This document shows positions 8,174 through 15,527 of a stretch of 55,324 nt of DNA, piece by piece. Under the pieces are notes generated by a model. It saw only the letters and a list, made by a program, of their open reading frames with translations. It had not been told where the DNA came from and made no database searches. The stretch is taken from contig JBIOHJ010000002.1 in the NCBI GenBank assembly GCA_044448905.1, forward strand, positions 1-55,324. Direction: 5' to 3'. Origin of the DNA: Bacteroidia bacterium (GTDB taxonomy: Bacteria > Bacteroidota > Bacteroidia > AKYH767-A > OLB10). Positions within the stretch are counted from its first letter, which is position 1. The number at the start of each line of letters is the position of its first letter. The position numbers and the translations under genes are program-made.

Positions 8174-10576
8174 ATGGCAAAAAAGAAAATCACTCCTATA
8201 AACGAGGATTTTGATTTAAAACTTTTCGCAACCATTGCAAAAAAGAATTTTGCATGGTTTGTTAGTTTTATTTTTTCATCGTTTGTCATTGCATTTCTTT
8301 ATCTCCGCTACAACCCTCCGGTTTATGAAGCGGGAACGATAATTAAAATTTCAACCGAAAATCAAGCCGGCCAGATTTTAAATAATAACCGGGATTATTT
8401 TACAGATCAATATACTAATCAGATTGCCGGAGATATTGAACTAATCCGTTCTAAAATAATAGCTGAACGCGCTGTAAAACAACTTCCGTTAAGCGTAAAT
8501 TATTACGCCAAGGGAACGGTGTTGGATATGGAACTTTATAAGTCCTCGCCATTTACCGTTGAAGCCGAAATAAAAGATTCTTCGGTTTATAATAAGCCGT
8601 TCTACCTGGAATTTGATAACAAGTTGTCTTTTGCGCTTTCATTTTCCGAAAAAGCCACCAGCAAGTCCACGCAACATCGGATTAATGAATGGATTGATTT
8701 ACCCGATGTACGATTTAAAGTGGTGGTTACTGACTATGCAAATGTTATGGATCAGCAGCACCAGTTTCAAAAAGAACCTTTTTATTTCATCTTAAGAAAT
8801 GAGGCTGATGTTGCCAGGAGTATTTCAGGCATGCTATCAGTTAGTGTTTTAAACCCTGAAGCTAAAACGATATCCGTAAAACTAAAAGATAAAAGTTCAG
8901 CAAAAGCTGCAGATATTGTTAATATTATTTCGAATGAATTTATTGATTATGATGTGGAAAAAAGCCGTGAGGTAACCAATAAAATTCTCCAGTTCATTAA
9001 TCTTACCATCTCATCGGTTGAGTCTGATCTGGACAATTCTGAAGGCTCAATAGAAAATTTCAGGCGTGCAAATAAATTGATGGATCCTTCAATGGTTGTT
9101 AACCAGATTTCGAATAAAATATGGGACCTTCAAAATAAAAAAATAGACCTTCAGATTGAACACAATATTTATGAAACACTGATAAATGATGTTCTGGCAA
9201 ATAAAGAAATCAGCCAGATGATTCTAAGTATTGTCGGCAAATACAAAGAAAATCAGATTACCAATGCTATTGTCAAATTACAGGAGTTGGTAAATATCCG
9301 CGAAACCACATTAATCCAGGGAACTACCGAAACAGAGATTTATAAAGCCGCCAGCAAAGCGGCTGACAATCAAAAAGAGTTTCTGATCAGTCTCATCCGA
9401 AACCAGCAGGAAGTATTGGGGGATGAAATGAAAAAAGTAAACGAGCAGCTTTCGCAGTTTGATGGCATCTTTGCTACTATGCCCGGCAAACAAGCTCAGT
9501 ACAGCAGGCTTGAAAGATTATTTTCGATTAACGAAAAATTTTATTCGTTGCTTTTGGAAAAGAAAGCTGAGTTTTCTATTGCTGCTGCCGGGTTTGTTGC
9601 TCAAAATCTTTTGCTCGAACCGGCATCAGCATTTACATCACCGGTTTCTCCAAACCGTACATTGGTAATCAGCGTTTGTTTATTGCTCGGTTTTATTGCC
9701 AGTTTCCTGTTAATAATCGTTCGATATCTTTTTTATAATGAAGTTTCATCGCTCGAAGAAATCGAAATGTATACCGATGCTGCATTGCTGGGAATTATTC
9801 CTAAATATAAACGCGAAATTCCAATCTCCCAGTTATTGGTGGATAAAAATCCTAAATCGGTTATAGCGGAAGCTTTCCGTTCAATCCGAACCAATCTCCA
9901 GTTTATTTCCAATGATGAAGGCTCTAAAGTAATTGCGGTTACTTCTACTATTTCTGGCGAAGGCAAAACGTTTAATGCAATTAACCTTGCGGGTGTAATT
10001 GCTTTTTCGGGTAAAAAAGTAGTTATCCTTGATCTTGACATGAGAAAACCCAAAATCCATCTTGGTTTTAACGTTGAAAACAGCCACGGCATCAGCACCC
10101 TGCTGATAGGAAAAGATAAACCTGAAGATTGTATAATAAAAAGTACGCTTGAGAATCTTGACTTTATTACAGCTGGACCTGTGCCTCCCAATCCAAGCGA
10201 ATTGATTATTAATCCACGCATGGATGAATTGCTCAATTATCTCAGAAAAATTTACGACATTATTATAATAGATACGCCACCGGTTGGGATTGTGAGCGAT
10301 GGTATTCCGATTATTCAAAAGGTTGACTACCCGCTTTATATTGTCCGTGCAAATTATTCGCGTAAAATGTTTATTCATAATATTAATAAGATGATTAACG
10401 AAAACAAGGTAACCAACCTGTCAATAATTCTTAATGGTGTTGAAATGCAGAAATTAAAATACGGATATGGTTACGGATACGGATATGGTTACGGATATGG
10501 TTACGGATATTATGAAGAAGATCAAACCGAGCCAACAGTATTTGATCGTATTAAAAAAGTTTTCAGGAAAAACTAA
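8174..10576 (+). CDS. Wzc-like chain-length determinant / tyrosine autokinase
   Basis: 800 aa with two TM segments flanking a long coiled periplasmic region. It has Walker A TSTISGEGKT, A' VVILDLDMRKP, B IIIIDTPPVG and a C-terminal Tyr cluster YGYGYGYGYGYGYGYGYY. Confidence 0.9.
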   Translation: MAKKKITPINEDFDLKLFATIAKKNFAWFVSFIFSSFVIAFLYLRYNPPVYEAGTIIKISTENQAGQILNNNRDYFTDQYTNQIAGDIELIRSKIIAERAVKQLPLSVNYYAKGTVLDMELYKSSPFTVEAEIKDSSVYNKPFYLEFDNKLSFALSFSEKATSKSTQHRINEWIDLPDVRFKVVVTDYANVMDQQHQFQKEPFYFILRNEADVARSISGMLSVSVLNPEAKTISVKLKDKSSAKAADIVNIISNEFIDYDVEKSREVTNKILQFINLTISSVESDLDNSEGSIENFRRANKLMDPSMVVNQISNKIWDLQNKKIDLQIEHNIYETLINDVLANKEISQMILSIVGKYKENQITNAIVKLQELVNIRETTLIQGTTETEIYKAASKAADNQKEFLISLIRNQQEVLGDEMKKVNEQLSQFDGIFATMPGKQAQYSRLERLFSINEKFYSLLLEKKAEFSIAAAGFVAQNLLLEPASAFTSPVSPNRTLVISVCLLLGFIASFLLIIVRYLFYNEVSSLEEIEMYTDAALLGIIPKYKREIPISQLLVDKNPKSVIAEAFRSIRTNLQFISNDEGSKVIAVTSTISGEGKTFNAINLAGVIAFSGKKVVILDLDMRKPKIHLGFNVENSHGISTLLIGKDKPEDCIIKSTLENLDFITAGPVPPNPSELIINPRMDELLNYLRKIYDIIIIDTPPVGIVSDGIPIIQKVDYPLYIVRANYSRKMFIHNINKMINENKVTNLSIILNGVEMQKLKYGYGYGYGYGYGYGYGYYEEDQTEPTVFDRIKKVFRKN
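10460..10513 (+). repeat. 12-bp tandem repeat (TACGGATATGGT-like) encoding the (YG)8 tyrosine tail
   Basis: About 4.5 near-identical copies inside the 3' end of the Wzc-like gene. Confidence 0.85.
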
Positions 10577-10608
10577 CTAGCCCGTCAGGCATTATTTTTT
10601 TAGGAACA

Positions 10609-11151
10609 ATGATTTTTGAGAAGCTTTCAATTGAGGGGTTGGTTTTGATTAGGCCGGATGTATTGCAAGACAATCGCGGTTATTTTTATGAATCTTTTCA
10701 TTATGAAAAATTTGCGGAAGCCGGTTTGCATTTGGATTTTGTACAGGATAACGAATCTTTATCGTCAAAAAATGTTTTGCGTGGTTTGCATTTTCAGCAT
10801 CCGCCATTTGAACAGGGCAAATTGGTGCGTGTAATGCATGGGGCGGTTTTGGATGTGGTTGTTGATTTGCGTAAAAACTCTGCTTCTTACGGAAAACATT
10901 ATAAAGTAGAATTAAATGACACAAACCATACGATGCTTTGGATTCCGCCAGGATTTGCACATGGATTTTTAGCTTTGAGTGATGAATCGGTTTTTTGCTA
11001 TAAGTGCACGGGCGTGTATAATAAGCAGTCGGAATTTGGAATTATATGGAATGATAAAGATTTGAACATTGATTGGGGAATAACCAACCCGGTTGTTTCG
11101 GCAAAAGATCTTGAGCTGGGCAGGTTTAAAGATTATATTTCTGTGTTTTGA
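10609..11151 (+). CDS. rfbC: dTDP-4-dehydrorhamnose 3,5-epimerase
   Basis: 180 aa with D.RG.F.E, RGLH.Q and GFAHGF motifs. Confidence 0.9.
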   Translation: MIFEKLSIEGLVLIRPDVLQDNRGYFYESFHYEKFAEAGLHLDFVQDNESLSSKNVLRGLHFQHPPFEQGKLVRVMHGAVLDVVVDLRKNSASYGKHYKVELNDTNHTMLWIPPGFAHGFLALSDESVFCYKCTGVYNKQSEFGIIWNDKDLNIDWGITNPVVSAKDLELGRFKDYISVF

Positions 11152-11190
11152 TGTTTGATTTTCATTAAAATCAAAATTCAGGTAAATTAG

Positions 11191-11198
11191 TAAGTTTG
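11191..11198 (+). promoter_or_regulatory. -7 promoter box TAAGTTTG
   Basis: Matches TAnnTTTG, 22 nt upstream of ATG 11221. Confidence 0.3.
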
Positions 11199-11220
11199 CA
11201 ATGCCTCACCGCTTTCGATA

Positions 11221-12322
11221 ATGGAAAATTTTTTATCTATACATTATTATAAAATTATTTATTGCGTATTTTTTGTTTGCTCAGTAAGCTTTTCATTTTT
11301 AATGAACAGTCTTTTCCTGCGGTTTTTCTCCACACTTGGCATTCGCAATCAAAATGACGGTACCATTATACGTTGGGGCGCGCAAAGCAAGCCGGCAATT
11401 GGCGGATTATCATTTTATATTTTGTTTCTGATTTCGGTTGCGAGCTATTCTTTTTTCTTTAAACCCACACAGGTTTTTTATAACATGCAGTTTGTGGGGC
11501 TGCTTATTGCAATGGCAATAGGTTTTATTATCGGGTTATATGATGACGCGTATGATACGAGGCCGTTTTTAAAATTTTTCGCCCAGCTGTTGTGCGGGCT
11601 GGCGCTGGTTTTTTCAGGAATGTATATTAAAATTTTTTCTGATGATTACCTCAACTACCTGTTTACTTTGTTTTGGGTGGTGGGCATTATGAATTCGATT
11701 AATATGCTCGATAATATGGATGCTATTACCACGATTGTGGGAATTAATATTGTGATGGGCTCCATCCTGATGATTGTTATTCATAACGATTTTGAAAACA
11801 TGCACCTTATTGTTTTGGTTGGGGTGCTTTCTGCGATGTTTGGTTTTTTATATTACAACTGGCACCCTTCGAAAATGTATATGGGCGATACGGGCAGCCA
11901 GTTCCTGGGTATTTTCCTTGCGGCAATGGGCATTATGTATTTCTGGAATGATAATTATGAGTTGCAAACTCACTCGCAGGCAAAACAATTTATTACGGCT
12001 GTGCTGGCATTTATAATGCCCATATTTAGATACTACGGTGGTTGTTATTAACCGGCTGAGGAAACGAACTTCGCCTTTTGTGGGCGGCAAGGATCATACT
12101 ACTCATGCGTTAGCCATGCTGGGAATGAGCGACCGAGTGGTAGCCATTACTTTTGCCATACTTTCGTTTGTTTCACTTTGTTTGATATATGTGATGAATG
12201 TATATATCCTTGACTGGACGCATACCTATACTGTTATATTTTCAATCTATATACTTACCCTGCTGGGTAGTTTTTTTTATATAACTACAAAAGCGAAGGG
12301 TAAGAAGCTTAAAAAAGTGTAA
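11221..12322 (+). pseudogene. WecA/MraY-family (GT4 polyprenyl-phosphate sugar-1-P transferase) gene with a +1 frameshift near 12019-12024
   Basis: Frame 1 (276 aa) carries NMLDNMDA and MGDTGSQFLG and stops at 12049. Frame 2 reads ..PYLDTTVVVINRLRKRTSPFVGGKDHTTH.. from 12020 to 12322, the expected continuation. The junction lies at a CCC run. Confidence 0.75.
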
Positions 12323-12324
12323 GG

Positions 12325-13251
12325 TTAGTTTTTTACAAACTTTTTTCTCACCCCGTTTATCTCAATAAAATATATTCCGCTTTTTAAGGATTGAATATTG
12401 ATTATTGAAGATTGAAAATTGATTGCGGATTTTAATATTTCTTTTCCCATCATATCATAAATTTTTATTTCTTTTTCCTGAACATTGAACATTGAACATT
12501 GAACTTTTAACTCCTCTCCTGCCGGGTTTGGTGAAATGGTAAATGTGGAAGTGTTATTTGATGTTTCGTTTATGCCGGTGCATAGTGTTAGGGAGACATC
12601 GTCAATATATATATAAGCTCCATGAAAAGCTTCAGAAGTATCTGTTATGACGCTTGTATTTGCATCATCTTTGAAATTTCCGATAATTAAATAATTTTCT
12701 CCTCCGGTGGCAGTGTAGTTACCGCTTATTAAAACCCAATTTATTGTATCTGATATGAATCCGGTAGTATTAATAAGCTGAGGGATATAGACTAAAAGCG
12801 AATCATTATTGATACCATCAATTAACGTATCGGAAAAATAAATACCTATATCATCAGTAATGCTTTGAACCTTATCGGGTGCATTAACATACATTTCAAA
12901 ATGATAACAGGCATTGGCAATTAATGGCGAAATAAAATTTGCTTCTATATATTCCCGGTAATTTGGGAATGCGCTGTCAGCAATAAGTACTATACCGCAA
13001 TAAGCGCCTCCACTATGCGCTTGCTGAGAACCTAATATGTTATCAGGAACACCTACAAATTGGCTACCACATTGATTATAATAATCTACTGAAGCTGCTG
13101 TTGGATTAATCCAAAATAATACAGAATCAAACTGATTCAAACTTGTCGGACATCCTATGTACCCCTCAAACCCCCCATTCGGCACTAAATTTTGCCCCCA
13201 TCCCACGAAAGTGGTTGAAAGTAAAAATAAGATGAATAAATATTTTTTCAT
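12325..13251 (-). CDS. T9SS type A sorting-domain protein (cargo of unknown function), paralog A
   Basis: 308 aa with signal MKKYLFILFLLSTTFVGWGQ, N-terminal NLVPNGGFE.Y.GCP motif, and C-terminal SPNPAGEEL...IKIYDMMGKE...SGIYFIEING CTD. Confidence 0.8.
   Translation of the reverse strand: MKKYLFILFLLSTTFVGWGQNLVPNGGFEGYIGCPTSLNQFDSVLFWINPTAASVDYYNQCGSQFVGVPDNILGSQQAHSGGAYCGIVLIADSAFPNYREYIEANFISPLIANACYHFEMYVNAPDKVQSITDDIGIYFSDTLIDGINNDSLLVYIPQLINTTGFISDTINWVLISGNYTATGGENYLIIGNFKDDANTSVITDTSEAFHGAYIYIDDVSLTLCTGINETSNNTSTFTISPNPAGEELKVQCSMFNVQEKEIKIYDMMGKEILKSAINFQSSIINIQSLKSGIYFIEINGVRKKFVKN
12390..12431. repeat. heptanucleotide array ATTGANN x6 inside CTD coding sequence
   Basis: attgaat|attgatt|attgaag|attgaaa|attgatt|gcggatt; encodes ..SAINFQSSIINIQSL.. 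on the minus strand. Confidence 0.8.
12479..12504. repeat. heptanucleotide array TGAACAT x3.5 inside CTD coding sequence
   Basis: tgaacat x3 then tgaact; encodes VQCSMFNVQ on the minus strand. Confidence 0.85.
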
Positions 13252-13265
13252 GCGTTATTGCCTGC

Positions 13266-14225
13266 CTACCGGCAGGTAGATTTTACAAACTTTTTACGCA
13301 CCCCGTTTATTTCAATAAAATATATTCCGCTGTTTAAAGATTGAATATTGATTATTGAAGATTGAAGATTGATTGCGGATTTTAAAACTTCTTTTCCCAT
13401 CATATCATAAATTTTTATTTCTTTTTCCTGAACATTGAACATTGAACATTGAACATTCAATTCTTCTCCTGCCGGGTTTGGTGAAATGGTAAATGAGGAA
13501 GTGTTATTTGATGTTTCGTTTATGCCGGTTGCGCAGGGGGTGAGGGAGACATCGTCAATGTATAAATATATTCTATTATCAGTTGAGGAGCTATTAACAA
13601 CTATTGTATCAGTATTCATGTCGTCTTTAAAATTTCCAATTATTAGAAAACTTTCTCCTCCCTGAGCAATATAATTTCCACCAACTAAAGTCCAATTTGA
13701 TGAGTCAGGATTATTTCCTGTTATATTGTTAAATTGTGGAGTAAAAGGTAACGGAAGATAATTATTTATCCCTGTAATTGCTGAAACAGAAAAATAGGCG
13801 CCTATTGCATCAGTTGTATATTTAAAAATATCCGCAAGGCTAACTTTCATTTCGAAATGATAACAATTATTAATAATTAAAGATGATATTAAAGGAACCT
13901 CGATATATTCACGATAATTGGCATCATCCGATGAGAAAAGATAAATTCCACAATATGCATTACCGCTTTGTGTTATTTGATAACCAAAAACATTTGAAGG
14001 AACTCCAGCAATTCCATTGCTATTGCAACTATTAAAATAATCTGGTGTACCCGAAATCAGATATATGTTCGTAGCCGGATTCATCCAGAATAAACAAGAA
14101 TCCAGTTGCGCTAAAGAAGGTGGGCATCCCGAATACTGCTCAAACCCCCCATTCGGCACCAAATTTTGCCCCCATCCCACCAAAGTGGTTGATAATAAAC
14201 ATAATAAAAGGGTGAATTTTCTCAT
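13266..14225 (-). CDS. T9SS type A sorting-domain protein, paralog B
   Basis: ATG at 14223-14225 gives MRKFTLLLCLLSTTLVGWGQ (the track start 14234 is a TTG). It has the same architecture as paralog A, and the last ~95 aa are nearly identical. Confidence 0.8.
   Translation of the reverse strand: MRKFTLLLCLLSTTLVGWGQNLVPNGGFEQYSGCPPSLAQLDSCLFWMNPATNIYLISGTPDYFNSCNSNGIAGVPSNVFGYQITQSGNAYCGIYLFSSDDANYREYIEVPLISSLIINNCYHFEMKVSLADIFKYTTDAIGAYFSVSAITGINNYLPLPFTPQFNNITGNNPDSSNWTLVGGNYIAQGGESFLIIGNFKDDMNTDTIVVNSSSTDNRIYLYIDDVSLTPCATGINETSNNTSSFTISPNPAGEELNVQCSMFNVQEKEIKIYDMMGKEVLKSAINLQSSIINIQSLNSGIYFIEINGVRKKFVKSTCR
13340..13381. repeat. heptanucleotide array ATTGANN x6 (copy in paralog B)
   Basis: attgaat|attgatt|attgaag|attgaag|attgatt|gcggatt. 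Confidence 0.8.
13429..13456. repeat. heptanucleotide array TGAACAT x4 (copy in paralog B)
   Basis: Four perfect tgaacat units. Confidence 0.85.
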
Positions 14226-14240
14226 CAAAGCCAATTTAAC

Positions 14241-14408
14241 TTCTGGAAAATCTCCGTTTTCTTCTGGAAAATCTCCGTTTTCTTCTGTAAAAACTCTGTT
14301 TTCTTCTGAAGAATTTCTGTTTTCTTCTGTAAAAACTCTGTTTTCTTCTGGAGAATCTATGTTTTCTTCTGTAGAATTCCTGTTTTCTTCTGTAAAGAAA
14401 CCCTTTTT
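14241..14408. repeat. 8 x 21-bp tandem array (conserved core GTTTTCTTCTG, variable 10 nt)
   Basis: Units: ttctggaaaatctccgttttc (x2), ttctgtaaaaactctgttttc, ttctgaagaatttctgttttc, ttctgtaaaaactctgttttc, ttctggagaatctatgttttc, ttctgtagaattcctgttttc, ttctgtaaagaaaccctttttt. The array fills the gap between the stop of 14418-15359 and the start of 13266-14225. Confidence 0.9.
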
Positions 14409-14417
14409 TACTTTAGT

Positions 14418-15359
14418 TTATTTATGAAACACGCCTTGGTAAGCGGCTTTCTTTTCGTCATTGGGATTATGCAGGGTAACGGTTCCAAATCCTGTAGTAA
14501 TTACAAAAGGTTTACCCGGCTTAAGTACGATAGCAGTACCCGATGCGGTTTTGCCTTTGAATAATTCGAGGTCAAATTCACTTTCATTTATTAAAACACC
14601 TTCGTTAACAAGGTTTGTAAGCACTTTTGACGAACCAATATTTACTAAACCGTTGCGAACTATGCTTCCCTGTGGCGAGTTATCAATGGTATAACCCCAG
14701 TCGCCTGCCTTATTGGGGTTTGCCGCAAAGTTATCTTTCAAAAACCCGCCAATTCCCTGGCTGTGCGTGTTAACGGGGTCTATAAGCGCGTTGCGCTCGC
14801 CATATTTTGTTTCTTTATCAATGGCCATTTGCGCGGCATCCTGGCGGTGGGTGAGCGCGCTGGTGCAATTGGCTTTGTTTACGGTTAAATCAATGTCGGT
14901 ATTGTTGGTTAAAAACCCTTCTAACGGGCTTGTACCCGCAGGAAAGCTGGCGTGCTTATCAATAAGCGCTACTATGGCTGTAATTTTTTCTTCAACCGTT
15001 TTGGGGTACACAATTTTTTTACCGTTAACGGTTACACCCCAGTCGCCCAGCTTGCCAATATTATTTTTATAAAACGATTTTAAAAACTGCACACACTTGC
15101 GATGCTGCGCAAAGGCGGGTTTAAACAGCTTATCGGCTTCTTTGTACAGCTTTTCGCTGTCTTTTCCCAGCTGCTCGGCATCATCGTGTGCGATACCCGC
15201 AGCCGTTACAGCGGCCGCGTCATCGGCAAGCACAATTGAGTTTTCGGCAAGATAGATGTTAAGAATGCTTGCTGCGCCATCGAGCGTATGCTTTGCATTC
15301 ATTTTGTTGAACAAACGAACTTGCAATAAAAATTCGGTAGGATAAATTAATCTGCTCAT
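14418..15359 (-). CDS. hypothetical protein (no family recognised), internally duplicated FLK..F..N..K.GDWG.T motif
   Basis: 313-aa ORF with ATG start and no signal peptide. VQFLKSFYKNNIGKLGDWGVTV aligns with GGFLKDNFAANPNKAGDWGYTI. GC content is locally high. Confidence 0.65.
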   Translation of the reverse strand: MSRLIYPTEFLLQVRLFNKMNAKHTLDGAASILNIYLAENSIVLADDAAAVTAAGIAHDDAEQLGKDSEKLYKEADKLFKPAFAQHRKCVQFLKSFYKNNIGKLGDWGVTVNGKKIVYPKTVEEKITAIVALIDKHASFPAGTSPLEGFLTNNTDIDLTVNKANCTSALTHRQDAAQMAIDKETKYGERNALIDPVNTHSQGIGGFLKDNFAANPNKAGDWGYTIDNSPQGSIVRNGLVNIGSSKVLTNLVNEGVLINESEFDLELFKGKTASGTAIVLKPGKPFVITTGFGTVTLHNPNDEKKAAYQGVFHK

Positions 15360-15502
15360 GATGTTTTAGTTTTTTGAGGGTTAAAATTAAAATGAACAAA
15401 ATTTTGAACCCGAAAGAAAACAATAATTTTTAAATTTTCAAAATAATTTTGAATATATTTTTGATGAATCGAAATCAAAGCTCAAACCCCAAACCTATTT
15501 CA

Positions 15503-15510
15503 TAAATTTG
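15503..15510 (+). promoter_or_regulatory. -7 promoter box TAAATTTG
   Basis: Matches TAnnTTTG, 17 nt upstream of ATG 15528. Confidence 0.3.
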
Positions 15511-15527
15511 CACCCCTTTTGAGATTT

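Noticed and set aside
9733-10378. Two overlapping minus-strand ORFs (167 and 165 aa)
   Set aside because: Both are antisense to the kinase domain of the Wzc-like gene, whose Walker motifs confirm the plus-strand frame.
14241-14408. Possible CRISPR array
   Set aside because: The period is only 21 bp (11-nt constant, 10-nt variable), far below CRISPR repeat and spacer sizes. Some 'spacers' are duplicated, and there are no cas genes or leader in the window.
14065-14427. 120-aa plus-strand ORF with SGKSPFS-type heptad repeats
   Set aside because: Its 5' third is antisense to the well-supported T9SS paralog B gene. The rest is simply the 21-bp array read in an open frame. It has no credible start context, and the low-complexity repeat translation is an artefact of the DNA repeat.
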